Positions 13,166 to 31,200 are shown, counted from the first letter of the stretch. The stretch: DNA of 64,000 bases from Hydrolagus colliei (GCA_035084275.1 CM068759.1:1054001-1118000), one strand, 5' to 3'. A program made the numbers and translations. Notes: generated by a model from the sequence alone, not told the origin.

Positions 13166-15904
13166 GTACTCTCCACTATTTCTTGCACTGTACTCTCACG
13201 TAATCAATGACTACTTTGAGGTACAGAGACCTAGATGCACTTTTGGAGTCTGACACTGGGTGAGAGATACCACCTTCAAGAGAGGAAGGAAAACATAGGA
13301 ACAGACATCCTGACATTGTCGCAAGGACCATAAAATAGCCGTCTTCTACATCAGCACAAAAATGCGAATGGTTTAGTCTTCTTTAGTCAAAAAAAATTGT
13401 CAGGTTCCCTTACTGCAGTATTACTAGTGTAGAAGTGGATATAAAAAAAAACCTTTCATTAAAAGTTGTGTTTGTGAAACTAGGTTGACTCAATGGGATT
13501 TGAAATTCTCTTTGCACCTTGTCAAAGGTCATGGCACTCGTCAACACGAGGAATTGCGTCCCACAAATGTGCCTGAATTGCACTAAAGAGCTTGTTAGCT
13601 CTCTCTCTGTCCACATACTGACATCTTGTGGCTACAACATGTAGATTCAGTGTTTGGAGGAAATGAGTTAACCATGCAGATGATTTAAAGTTAGCGAAGC
13701 AACAGAAACATAAAATAGGGTTTGAATTTCAAAGTAGGTTAATTTTTAAAACAGTCTTTACAACTTGCCCTGAATTTAATCCAAAGTCACATTAATAATA
13801 CACTGTCCGACTGTTGACACATGCTTTTTGCTTTTCAGTAGAAGTGATTCAGTTTTAGTCCAAAATTTTATTGACACTTAAATATTAATATCGAATTAAA
13901 GCACATCAATCTGAACATTAAATAGACCAGAGCTGCATCCTCAACAAGCATTCCTACGGTTCAAACATATTTTTTTATTAGATTTTATATTAGCTTAACA
14001 ATGTTGCTGTGTTGGCCGTGGTTTCCGTAAGGTAATCTATGTTCCTATTCAAGCGCTCTGAGATGCCGTCCGTCGTGGAGGGCGCTATGTAAATCGAAGT
14101 TGTTGTTGTTGTTGTTGTTATTTCTCTAGATAATGAAAAAGAATGTGTTTAATTCACCCAACTCCGGGTGGGCCTGTGGTCGGGTGAGTCTAAATGTTGC
14201 AACCCGTTCACTAGAACGTTCATTCAAGGTCAACATGCCCAACCAAATTGAGCTGTTTAGTGCATCAACTCTCAATTCTGCACTGAATCTAATTACCAAA
14301 TGACTAAGTCAGCAAAGAGATTTGCAAAGAGCAAGTGTTTTTTTTTAAACGGTTCCATATAATTTGTTCACCTTCATGGGTATGACTCCTTGTCAAACAT
14401 TTCTTTCATTCACTTCCCCTGAGTGAGGTGGCTGAATCAGAAGGTGAGGCTAGGGGTTACAAGCAGCTGGATTGCTCCGGTGTTAATCAGAAAACAAAAC
14501 TGTCTACAACTGGGAAGCTAATGGAAAGGTAATGACATGAGCTAAACATAACACACCTAAAAACAACCTTCAGGAAGGTATGTGCGAACAATTGTTTGAA
14601 GCACTAAAGTGTGACTTCCTATTCTCAGCCCCCACAGCTTCCCTTTTAGCCTGAGCTGCAGAGTACTTGTTACGTTTCACTCCGAGCTGGGTTACTTTGC
14701 TGAGTGACATTGCTAATTCAACGCTGCGTTTGGTGGTAAAGGCCATTAGGAAGGATATTGATGCAGTCAAATTTTATTTCAGCGAAATAGGTCCTTACAG
14801 TCAGCAAAAAGAGGATAACAGCAGCAATAAATTATAGCACCATTCACATCGGAAAAGAACGGTGAGCCAGTCACTCTCTCTCTCTGGAAACTTTGGCTAT
14901 GGCTAGAGATCCATCATTATGTACTGTGATGTTGATAAAAATGGATTAATGATTTCAGTTTGAATAGTCTTTTTAGATGCTCCTTGTCCAGCCAAAGCGC
15001 CTCTTGGAATCTGTAGAACTCTCGCAAGTTGCACTCTGGGCCGAACTGAGGTTAGAATTAAACTTTTGTCTCAGAATTTCACCGGAGGCAGCAGAGTAAA
15101 AGACATCCCAGCCTGTCCACGAAATATTTCCACTTTAATAAGCATATTATTCCTCACGTTTGATATAGCGTTTTTCATGAACTTCCAGACGTCTCAAAGC
15201 GCTTCACAGAATATATTGCAAAGTGAATTGACTGTATACTTGTGGGCAAAACATGGCAGCCAATTGTGTACAGCAGCGTCCCCCACACACAGCCTTGATT
15301 GAAAATGACCAATTTATTATTGCTTTTTACTTTGAGGAACTGCGATTATAGTACTGTATATGCATTTTTAATGCGGGGAAGTAGTGAGATTGTTTGCTAC
15401 TTTATGTTGCAGCATTTGCGCTCCTGCCCAGTACTGCGCTGAGATGGAGTATTTTGTCTCTTCCTGACTGTCTCTGTTGTATAATGTATAATTAAATGGA
15501 ACACTGGAGGTTGCAGCTCAACAATAATCTCTGGGCATTGCTTGGAAACACTCCAAAGTTAACAAGCGGAGGCAAATGAGACGGCACAAACTATGCCCCA
15601 AACTACGTGGTGTGAGAAAATGTGACCGCCCGTTGTGAAATGACAAGCAATGTTATTCTTGCCGTGCCACATGTTCTCCCCCCACCCCCCCACTCCCCCC
15701 ACCACCCCCCCTCTCACCAGGGAACCACTTATTCTCTGCATGGGCAACAACTTTGTCGGATGATGAAGATTAAGAACATAACATTCACTGGCAGATGCAT
15801 TTGGAACATTATCCAACACCTGTTTTCACCACGCTTGCGTGATCACCTCCTCCCCCTCCCCCCTATATACAGAGCCTTTCAATCAGCTGTGGAGCAATGT
15901 GATA

Positions 15905-16211
15905 ATAGTAATGTACCAATATTCTGTGCAGCACTTTTCACATCTTCATAGAATACACTGTAAAGTGAATTGATTGTATATTTGTGGGCGAAACGCGGCA
16001 GCCAATTGCGCACAGCAGCGTCCTCCCCCCCCCCCCCCCCCCCCCCACAAACAGTCATGGGTTGAAAATGACCACTTTAGTATTGTTTTTTTAAGGATCA
16101 TCAGGCGTGTGGAGCAGGGAAACTTGCCAAAGGTTTCGCCCTGACCTGGAATTGAACTCAGGTCTCTCGCTTGTAAGGCGAGCGCTCTAACCACTGAGCT
16201 ACAGGACTCCA
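15905..16211 (-). mobile_element. tRNA-derived SINE
   Basis: Intact head GTAGCTCAGTGGTTAGAGCGCTCGCC on the - strand. Confidence 0.85.
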
Positions 16212-16929
16212 CCACGCAGTGATACTCAGAGAAGCTAAAGCTATTTAGGTTGACATACGCACACGATTCAGCGCGCATACATAAGAGACAGAGACCTTGA
16301 CGGGCACCACGACAAATAAGTAGGAGCCACTTGACGGAAGGATTGACAAGCACAGCAGTCAGCAAAATCAGAGACAGCCCACATCGCTCAGGGATGAGAG
16401 TGTGAACAGAACACAGTCTCACGGCCAAACACAGAAACCTTGCGCTACCCCGCGTGAAGGGTGGGATCTGAATGCAAGTTGTTGTTGTTGTTGACGACAC
16501 AAACTTGTCAAGAGACAGAATCTTAACCAGAAAGACAGACGGTCGTGTCGGACAAGCGGGGGGCGGGCAAGACAGTCACGGATTCTCAGCCACACAGACA
16601 GACAGACTGACTGACTGACTGACTGACTGGCAGACGTTCAGAGAGGGGACTGTCAGTCAGTCAGACAGTCAGACAGACAGTAACATTTGGAGGCAGACTG
16701 CCACAGATTTGGTCACTTAATGAACAACAACAACAACAACAACTCGCATTGATACCAGCACCTTTCACGCTGGGTGTTATTAGAACCGTCAGATAGAATC
16801 TCAATCAGAAAGACAGACAGTCAGATTATTACAGTCAGATTATTACAGACAATCACAGACACTCTGACAATCACAGACAGTCAGAGTCAGATTAACACAG
16901 TCAATCACAGTCAGGCAGTCAGTCAATCA

Positions 16930-17100
16930 GAGGCACCCGGCCAGTGCGCAGGCGCGGGACCCTCCCATTTTCCATTAGCCCACGTGTTTGACTTCGCGTA
17001 CGCGGTGACGTGTTCGCGTACGCGGTGACGTGATTTCCGGCGTGCATCAGCCGCTCGGTGTTGACAATGATGGGGGCCAGCGAGCTGCCAGCCGCCTGAC
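16930..17100 (+). promoter_or_regulatory. CpG-rich putative PCMTD2 promoter / TSS region
   Basis: Dense CpG patch with NRF1-like TGCGCAGGCGCG (16945-16956), E-box CACGTG (16981-16986), two GGTGACGTG sites and ETS-like TTCCGG (17035-17040); downstream donor CG|GTAAGC at 17751/17752. Confidence 0.6.
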
Positions 17101-17750
17101 AGGGGGAGAGACAGACACCGAGAGAGAGACAGGGGGAGAGACAGACAGGGGGAGAGACAGACACCGAGAGAGAGACAGGGGGAGAGACAGACAGGGGGAG
17201 AGACACCGAGAGACAGGGGGAGAGACAGACAGGGGGAGAGACACCGAGAGACAGGGGGAGAGACAGACAGGGGGAGAGACACCGAGNNNNNNNNNNNNNN
17301 NNNNNNNNNNNNNNNNNNNNNNNNNNNNNNNNNNNNNNNNNNNNNNNNNNNNNNNNNNNNNNNNNNNNNNNNNNNNNNNNNNNNNNNNNNNNNNNNNNNN
17401 NNNNNNNNNNNNNNNNNNNNNNNNNNNNNNNNNNNNNNNNNNNNNNNNNNNNNNNNNNNNNNNNNNNNNNNNNNNNNNNNNNNNNNNNNNNNNNNNNNNN
17501 NNNNNNNNNNNNNNNNNNNNNNNNNNNNNNNNNNNNNNNNNNNNNNNNNNNNNNNNNNNNNNNNNNNNNNNNNNNNNNNNNNNNNNNNNNNNNNNNNNNN
17601 NNNNNNNNNNNNNNNNNNNNNNNNNNNNNNNNNNNNNNNNNNNAGATAGATAGACAGGGGGAGAGAGAGAGAGAGAGAGACAGGGAGAGAGAGAGAGAGA
17701 GAGAGAGACAGGGGGAGAGAGAGAGAGAGAGAGACACCGAGAGAGACAGC
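17097..17750. repeat. GA-rich minisatellite (GACAGGGGGAGAGACA/GACACCGAGAGA units) spanning assembly gap 17287-17643
   Basis: Tandem units read directly on both sides of the N run. Confidence 0.85.
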
Positions 17751-18124
17751 GGTAAGCAGTCTGGGCCTATTTGTCGTCTTTCATCCCCTCCCTCCCCCTT
17801 CCCCTCAAACCCTCCCTCACTGTCTCCCCCTCTCCCCCCCCTTTTCCCCTCAGGGGATAAAATGTCTGTTGTTGTTGTTGTTGTTGTTGTTGTGGGGGTG
17901 GAGGAGACGGCCATTTGCTGTGTTTGTTGTCGATGTGAGTTCGAGGCCGCCACCAGGCNNNNNNNNNNNNNNNNNNNNNNNNNNNNNNNNNNNNNNNNNN
18001 NNNNNNNNNNNNNNNNNNNNNNNNNNNNNNNNNNNNNNNNNNNNNNNNNNNNNNNNNNNNNNNNNNNNNNNNNNNNNNNNNNNNNNNNNNNNNNNNNNNN
18101 NNNNNNNNNNNNNNNNNNNNNNNN

Positions 18125-18660
18125 ACATACTATATACATACATATATATTCACATACCACATGCATACATACATTGCATACATACATACACACACATACA
18201 TACATCACATACATACACACATACACACACACAAATATAAACACACTACACATACAAACATACCACACACAAAACACACCACGTACAAGCACACACCACA
18301 AACACACACTTGTGCACGCAACATACACATACCACATACACACAGACAAAAACTCACACACCGAATACACATATATACCCAGACACGACACACACAGGCA
18401 CATATACTCACAACAACAACAACAAAATTGCATGTGTTGGGAGAGAGACAGAGACCCTCACACACACCCACAAATAACATACACATATACACACACGCAG
18501 TCACAACACATACAGCAGACACATACTCACAATATACACACACATACAGACATCCACCAGACATATACACACCACATATACACACTACATATACATACAC
18601 ACAACAGACACATGCACAACAACAACACACACTACACAGACGACATTCACACACACAGCG
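18125..18660. repeat. Degenerate (CA/CATA)n low-complexity tract after gap 17959-18124
   Basis: Direct reading; source of spurious His/Thr-rich ORFs. Confidence 0.9.
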
Positions 18661-19799
18661 CATTGTATATTTAATCTGAACAAACAGGAGCATGGATTAT
18701 GTGCCTAACTGTGGAGGACTATTATGGAACCACATTGAGATTATAGGGTTTTTACCATTTTATGCAATAAGTATTTTAATACTGTTCCACTGAAGGACAA
18801 CTGCTTCAATTCTTTTGAGGGGATTCAGACCCTGAGAATTACAGAAATTAATTGGACAGTGTAGGTCTCGAAGTTGCTGAAATCGGCAAGATGTTGTGCA
18901 TTTCGTTTGCGTTTCTGAGAGACCAGTGACCACTCGCTTCACTTTTGGATGTGTTTTGTCGCTTACTTTGCCCTGAGACTAACAATGCATTAACTGATTT
19001 TCTGAAGCTGATTTTTGGAAGTAGTACAAATCCAGATTCCAAAGATGAGGCTGTAAGTAACCAAGACAATTAAGGGCGAGCTGCCCTGACTGCATCAGAA
19101 AGAGGATTAGCGTAAAGCATTTAGTCTTGCTGGGTATACTCTATAATCTGTGAAATAAGGGTTTTGATTGATGGCTTGAAAAAAATAAAGTTAACGGTTT
19201 ATTGAATGTTTGGGGTAAATTGTTTCACGGACTACAAGGAATACATTGCAATTTTTAATTGCGTATTGCAGTTTCAAGAGACCTTATAGTCTGTTTACCA
19301 TCATCAGAACATAATCGACTTTACTGACAGCTGACCCTTTCAAAAGACTAGCAGCTAGTTCAGCAGGAGTTGTGTGTCTCCCAGTCGACTTAATTTTAGG
19401 CGAACACAAATGAAATTTTGCTCCAGGGACATAATTGTAATTACAATTAGATAATAATGGTTAAATTTCAGTTGGGAGTCATTGTACAGTACTTGCTTTT
19501 CTAATCCCTCCCTTCCTTGCCCGATTTTAAAATGTCGAGTTGCCTGGACCATCCCAACAAGTGACAGGTCTCGAGGCCCCACTTTGTCAGGTATAGAAGT
19601 CAGAAATAAACACGAGGGAATATTTACAGCGGCAACGTTAACCAACAGTGGGTGGCGGAAGGTGGATGCATTTGATCATTTTGTACTCGGAAGATGGGAT
19701 ATTGTTGATGGGGTGGGGGGGCGGGGGGGGGGGGTGGGGGAGGATGACTGAGCAAAAGCAGAGAGAATAAATAGAATAAGTGTTTTTTTTTAAAAAAAA

Positions 19800-19960
19800 G
19801 GCAATGAATAAGGAGTGCAACTCTCGATATGTCATGCTGAGAAGATTGAAATAAATGGGGCTGAAGGGCATGGCGGGAAGGCAGGTTTTCGGAGTAGGCC
19901 TCATAAATTGGCGCAACAAGTTTGCTGGGCGGAATGGCCTCTCCCTGTTTTCCTATGTGA
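19800..19960 (+). mobile_element. Degraded CR1 3' end fragment
   Basis: ...AAGGCAGG...GGGCGGAATGGCCTCTCCCTGTTTTCCTATG resembles a CR1 3' UTR. Confidence 0.5.
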
Positions 19961-21202
19961 TGGAACGGAAGGCCAGACTTGAGTCAGTGAGTGGAGGGGC
20001 GACAACTGGCAGTGTTCGAACTGAATACGGGCTAGAGAGTATTAATGTCAAAGCGTTTTAACATCTATGGACGGATGGTAATGTATGTTTAAAAGGGGAC
20101 TGTTATTGTTTCCAAATATTTATTCTCACTGAGCACAGTGGATATTTCGAAGCGATGTAACGTGGACCTTCTCGACTGCTATTTACAGAGTTTCTGTTGA
20201 AATTTAGCTGGTTCCATGTGAGAACAGCACTATTTTAACTATTAAACCTCATTGTCGTGGAACTTTACTGCTGGTTCCGAGACAAATGTTTTGCCATAAA
20301 CTTTGTCGACTATTGGTTTGTCAAAAGTCTTTTTTTAAAAAAAAAATTACAAAAAAAAACCTTGCAAAAACCACACTAGCACTACTTTTTTCCAACAAAA
20401 GGTAAATTTATTCTGGGATCTTGCAAGATCATCAGGCAATAACATGGAGTGTAATGCATTGCAAGCCATGCGCACCGGATGGCGCTAGATGAACTTCATT
20501 GGCAATCATTGATTAACCAGTCTCAGTGTAAAATGGTGATATCTCCAAATAACCACCCGAATCAGTTCCTAGAACGCGTGTCTGTTACGGACAAAATTCA
20601 CCGTAGATTTGACTAACATTAGCTTTACTTCTTTGGGATATGTGTATTGACTTGGCAGCTAATCTGGTTTCATTAAGTACACAGTGACTTAAGTATTTTT
20701 TGTTTTCGTATTTAGTAGTAATGTAAAATATACTAATGTAAATAGAGCAAAAATAATAATCCTTGCATTCGATACAGCGCTTTTCACGTCTTCTAGAGAG
20801 AATATACTGCAAAGTGAATTGACTGTGTATCTGTGGGTGAAATGGCCATAGTATTTGCTACCAGGTGTTAATTTCATACACATTGGCCAGAATTCGCTGG
20901 AGAAAACATCGTACGAATTCTCAAGGATTATAACTGTGTCGTTTTGATAGAACTTTGATTGGGGTGGTGGGGGAAAAGGTGGGAGGAAATCATTGCATTA
21001 GTACGGCAACTTCAACATGTGCAAACTTCTGAATTGTAAATTTGGGAAGTTTTGATGCAAAGAACATGGGGAGTTACAGAAGCAGAAATGTAAGGCAAAC
21101 GCCGGAGTGACCATTTTATTGTTGACCAACAATGAACTGGAGCTTTACTTTGTGATGTCACGTACAATATCTCACAATTTCTTTCCCGCCTCGCAGTTTT
21201 GA

Positions 21203-25744
<4,542 letters not shown>

Positions 25745-26458
25745 GGCTTGGGGGGGGGGAAAAATGACACAAGTAACACTGTAAAATATTGCACTTCAGT
25801 TTGAAAGAGATAGGGGGACATACATTGCAATGAGAAAAGTGAGCACTTTTACAGACCTGGGCGGATTTTTTTTCTCTCTCCCTCTGATCAATAGTTTACT
25901 ACGCGCGTTAGTTTCACTCTCCTTTTAAAATCGTTCGAGCGTCATTCATTCACTCGCACAAATACCGTGTTGGAAGAATTTGAAAACGTGTACGTAGTCT
26001 GCTTTGCACTGCTGTAAATTTACTGCATCGTTCATGGTAAAGGACTCCCTTTTAAAGCATCCAGACGAATAAGAGAACTCGAAAGTGACTATTCCTGTAA
26101 AACTCTTGTATACTTGTCTGTATAACAAAGTATTGTAACTTGTAACAACTTGGTAGTTGAATATTGAATACTGTTCAGTTTATATAGTAAAGATGGTGAA
26201 TTCTAAGCACAATTTAGTGCTTTTGTATATGCCAAAAAATATATTTAAAAAAAAATGTTTTAATATGTGAACTTTAGAAGTTCTTTTGAGGACTAGCTTA
26301 GTTTCAGAAAATATATACAAATGGTATTGGTTACTGCTCAACTTTTTCATATTTTTGCAGATGGCTCGTTAGATTGCTGTTCGATCAGCTTCTGCACAAA
26401 TTGATATTTGTAGGATCAGATGTAAGCGAATACTTGTTTTATGGTAATTCTCTGAATC

Positions 26459-26475
26459 AATAAAAATTAAATAAA
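26459..26475 (+). terminator. PCMTD2 polyadenylation signals (AATAAA, ATTAAA, AATAAA cluster)
   Basis: About 715 nt after the stop, followed by T/GT-rich downstream sequence. Confidence 0.65.
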
Positions 26476-26699
26476 AATCTGTATAATCCTTTGGGTCCCA
26501 AATCGTGATTTTCCAATTTTATTTGTTTTCAGGGAGTGTTTTTTTTGTGGGGTGGGTTGGGGGGGTTGCTCCCCAAGGCCACCTCCTAATACTGCACCGT
26601 ATTTCACTCGTTTAACCATCTTACTCTGATAAATACCCGAGCATTGTTATGCGTGTTCCACAAATGGAAGGAGAGCAGGTGCCTGCATCAACCTGTTAC

Positions 26700-26782
26700 C
26701 CTACGCGAGCGAGAGACCTGGGTTCGATTCCCGGACAGGTCATATCAGGGTCAGGGCGAAACCTTGGGCAAGTTTCCGTACT

Positions 26783-26820
<38 letters not shown>

Positions 26821-27670
26821 CTGATAACAATCCCTCGAGGAAAAAATATCAATAATAAATTGGTCACTTCAATCCATAACTTCGTGGGATTACGCTGCTG
26901 CGCATAATTGTCTGCCGCGTTTCACCCACAAATATACAGTCAATTCGCTTTACTGTGTATTCTGTGAAGCGCTTTGAGAAGAAAAGACGTGAAAAGCGCT
27001 GTATCAAATGCAAGGATTATTATTACCGTAGACTGGGAGAAAATAGGTCTGAAAAATACACAAAAAAAGCACCAAGAAAAATTGCCAGTAGGTGGTGGGT
27101 CTTGGATACATGTTACGAGGGAAAATCAAGCTTTAGTTTAAAAAAACTACGTTGCGATATCTTTTTAAAAATTGATTGGGGGGCACTGTACTTTTGATAA
27201 TCAATGCTTGGTAAATAAAAATACTATTATGGTGAACAACTGTGCGCAATTGGCTGCCGCGTTTCGCCCACAAAATACAGTCAACTCACTTGACAGTATA
27301 CTCTGTGAAGCGTTTTAGAGACGTCTCAAAAGACGTGATGAGGTACTGTATCACATATAAGGATTATGCAGCTCAGAGGTTAGAGCACTCGCCTTACAAG
27401 TGAGACACCTGGGTTCGATTCCCGGCCAGGGCAAGTTTCCTTACTCCATGCGCCTGATAATAACCCCTCACCAAAAACAAACAGTAATAAATCACAGTCA
27501 CTTCAATCCGCGACTGTTATGTGCGTGGGGGACACTGCTGCGCACGATTGGCTGCCGCGTTTCGCCCCCGCAAAATACAGTCAATTCACTTTGTGGTATG
27601 TACTCTAAAGTGTTTTGAGACGTTTAGAAGACGTGAAAAGCCCCAAATCAGATGCAAGGATTATTATGAT
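26700..27670 (+). mobile_element. Cluster of three same-orientation SINE copies (~26700-27027, ~27238-27368, ~27368-27670)
   Basis: Repeated B box, core and ATGCAAGGATTATT tails. Confidence 0.82.
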
Positions 27671-27906
27671 TAAAATGAACAGAAACAGACAAATACAGTC
27701 CAGTGGAGTGACATCTATCTATCTGTCTGTCTACATGCTGTAGTCATTGTGTTTTGCTTGAGTGATGCCTTTAATCATTCCTCGTATAAGGTTTGTGTAA
27801 AAGTGGCGTCTTGTCGCTTGAGAGGGTGAGATTGACTAGTGTGATTGGATACACGTGCCTTCCTGACTCCAACTCCAAATTCCAACCCTGTGCATTTTAT
27901 ATACCA

Positions 27907-27939
<33 letters not shown>

Positions 27940-28128
27940 GGGGGTGGGTGGGGGAGAGCTGGTATATATATATATATTTGGTGGAGATGGGGAGGGAGGG
28001 AGAGAGAGGGAGGTGGTAGGAGGAGTGGAGGAAGGGGTTGGTGGGTGGGTGTGGAGGTGGGGGGTAGAGAGAATTTGATCCTTCAGATCCAGGCAAAAAA
28101 AAAAGCTCAAGGCTGCAGATTCATCATC

Positions 28129-28292
28129 ATGATGTTGGTTCAACCTCTGGTGCTTTTGCTCAGCCTGTTTGTGTTTTTACCTGCCTGTTCTGTGTCATGC
28201 CCTAGTCGCTGCCTCTGCTTTCGAACCACCGTCAGATGTATGCATTTAATGTTGGAAAACATACCAGAAGTCACTCCACAGACAACCATTCT
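28129..28292 (+). CDS. Peroxidasin-like exon 1 (signal peptide, LRRNT)
   Basis: [55 protein letters not shown]; CT|gtaagt. Confidence 0.9.
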
Positions 28293-31200
28293 GTAAGTAC
28301 AGTACTCACCTCCCCTCCTCCCCACCCACCTACCTTACCTACCTCTCCTTGCTTCCCCCCACCCCACACACACCCCCCCCCACACACACACACACACAAA
28401 ACTGCAATTTATTTTATTATAGCCAATGTTGTGTTTTGTGTTTTTGCTGGCTTGGATTTTCTGAAGTCTTGACCCAGTTTGTTCTTGTAGCTCAGTAAAG
28501 ATTAACCACAATTGCACGGGTTATATATATATATACAGTGGGTATATCTTTTCCTTGGGGGAGGTTTTTTTTTGGGGGGAAACGTGTTTTTTTAGCCTCT
28601 TAAAAAATGTTTTTGGGAAAGGGGGACTTCAAACGTTTAACTGTAGTTGGGGGACACCAAAAACTAATGGCATTTAATGAACCCCCCAGTTTGTTTAGGT
28701 ATAGGATTATTTCACTCCTAGATAAGTGTACTTTACTTTCATTGTTGAAAACAAGACAGAGCCATGAAGCAAGGCTAGGAATGCTTATGGGTAAGAGCGA
28801 GAAAAAAGATTGTGAGATATTATTTTTGTGTGTTTATTTTAATGGTGCAAAGGGTGAGTGAGTGAGTTAATACTGGGCTGGACTCCCCTTTACCGATTAG
28901 GTTTTTTTGCATCTAGTGCTATTTACCAGGCTCTGTATTAAATTATAGAAAAAGCCAGCCGTCCCCCCACCCCCAGCCTCCACTCCCTTAAAGAAAATAT
29001 TGATTGCATTTTTGTTTTAAGTCTTCTCTCTCTCTCTCTCTCACCTCCCCTCCCCCAACATCACCCTATGTGAAACTTACCAGATTCCAGATGTCGCCAA
29101 TCAGTCCTCCCTTCCATTGATTGAAATGTCCCAGATGTGGACTTTCAATGTGTGCTTGTGTTTGTGTGTGTGTGTGTGTCTATGTGTGTGTGAATTTTGT
29201 TTAGGAGTTTCTGGACATATACATCAGTTAGCATCCGTCTTTCGGACGAGATGTAAAAACCCAAAGTCTCGTCCGCGCCAGTTCTGGTAGAATATTAAAG
29301 ATCCCATGGCACCTATTCGTAAAACGAGAAGGGAATTTCTCTCTGCCAGTATCCTGCCTTACGATCCCACTCCCCACCACCCCCAAATAAAATTGGTCAC
29401 TCACTCCATGGTTATTCGTGGGACGCTGCTGTGCACCAAACTGATCCATAGAATACTCACTTGACAGTATATCCTGTGAAGCGTTTTTAGACGTCTGGAT
29501 GACAATAATAATAATTCTTGCATTTGATATAACGCTTTTCACGTCTTCTAGACGTCTCAAAGCGCTTCACAGATTATACTGTAAAGTCAATTGACTGTAC
29601 ACTTGTGGGCGAAACGCGGCAGCCAATTGCGCACAGCAGCGTTCACCCCCCACAAACTGTCGTGGATTGAAATAACTCATTTATTTTTAATGTCTCGGGA
29701 TTATTATTGGGCGTATGGAGTATGGAAACTTGCCCAAGGTTTCACACGGACTGGAATCAAACTCGGGTGTCTCTCCCTTGTAAGATTAGAAATAAGGCGC
29801 AATATTCGAATGCACTGGATTGTAATTCATGTGTGACTCGGTGTCTAACCTCTGATAGTCACCACAATGTCACGGTGTGTTTCAGGGAGGAGGGTTGGGT
29901 GGGCTCCTATAGGATTAATGCACAATGCAATACAATGGATTCATTGCTCATTATAACCGTCTTACAGCACGATTGTTTCGACCTCGTTGACCAGATTGTT
30001 TGTAGTTTACATTACCCTTCCGTGTTAGACTCGACAAGACGTTTTATTCTAATGGGACATTGAATCCATGGTTGGTCCTGAGACTGGCCATCGCAAGCCC
30101 TTGAACATAGTTGGTGCACGTCAAAGGAGGTCGAATTGAGATCTGATCATGAAGCTGAACTTTGCGAAAAGAGGTGGAAGGAACTTCCTGGAAACTTATC
30201 CCCCAACTCTACCGGTTTTTTTTAAAAAAAGAGGAAAACTGCAGATGTTGGGAAATCTGAAATCCAAACAAAAATGCTGGAATTCCACAGCTGGTCACGG
30301 CAGCATGGGAAAGTGAAATATACTTCAGACGTACAGTAACTTCATATCAGAATGGAAAACAGTGGGAAAGGGGGGAATTCCCAATGCGAGATAGAAGAGA
30401 GCAAGTCTACAAAACGGACGAGTCTTTAGTCTTGCTGACTGATTTGAAATGTAGGGTGACAACGTAGTGCGTTACTCTCTGGTTATTTAAATAAGGATCC
30501 TTCCAATTATTGAAGTTTTGATTAAGCCAGCTTATTACGACCAAATATAAGCAGTTGTCTTAGCCTCTCTGATCTAGTACCAGTTACGTTTATGAGGCTT
30601 TCCTCACTTCTAGCATACTTAAACTTTGTTTATACAGTACTTTCAACCTCACAGAGATTACACTGAGTTCAGGTCAGGAGCCCCCGCAGTTTAGTTGTTA
30701 GAGCGCTCGCCTCACAAGCGAGAGGACCCAGGTTTGATTCCCAGACGGGGCGAAACTTGAGGCAAGTTTTCTTACTCTACATGCCTCTGTTTACCTAGCC
30801 ATAAGTAGGAACCCAGTGGTTAGTCGATTGGTGAATCGCTTTCCGCAACATTAATTAATTCCCTTCAAAAACATAATACTAACTTGATCACTGGACCCAC
30901 AACTGTTTGTGGGGACGTGCGCAGCTGCTGCCACGTTTCCACCCAGAAAATACACAGTCACTACACTTTACAGTATATTCTACGAATCGCCTGGAGATGA
31001 TTTGACAGATGCTCTATCAAATGCAAGGATTATTATTATGATGATGATGATGATGATGGTGGGAACTTAATGAATCCCTTAAGGGTTGTTTTTTACTATT
31101 GCTGGGAGACATTAAATTATCTGTTGAAACATGCTAAACAATGTTTTGATTTTCAGCTGAAATTAATGGCCGATGTTTATTGACACTAACCCAAATCTCT

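Noticed and set aside
17097-17290. CRISPR-like array
   Set aside because: Simple GA-rich tandem units without unique spacers, in a eukaryotic context.
16919-18693. Long ORFs of 160-504 aa
   Set aside because: Produced by N gaps and GA/CA low-complexity repeats.
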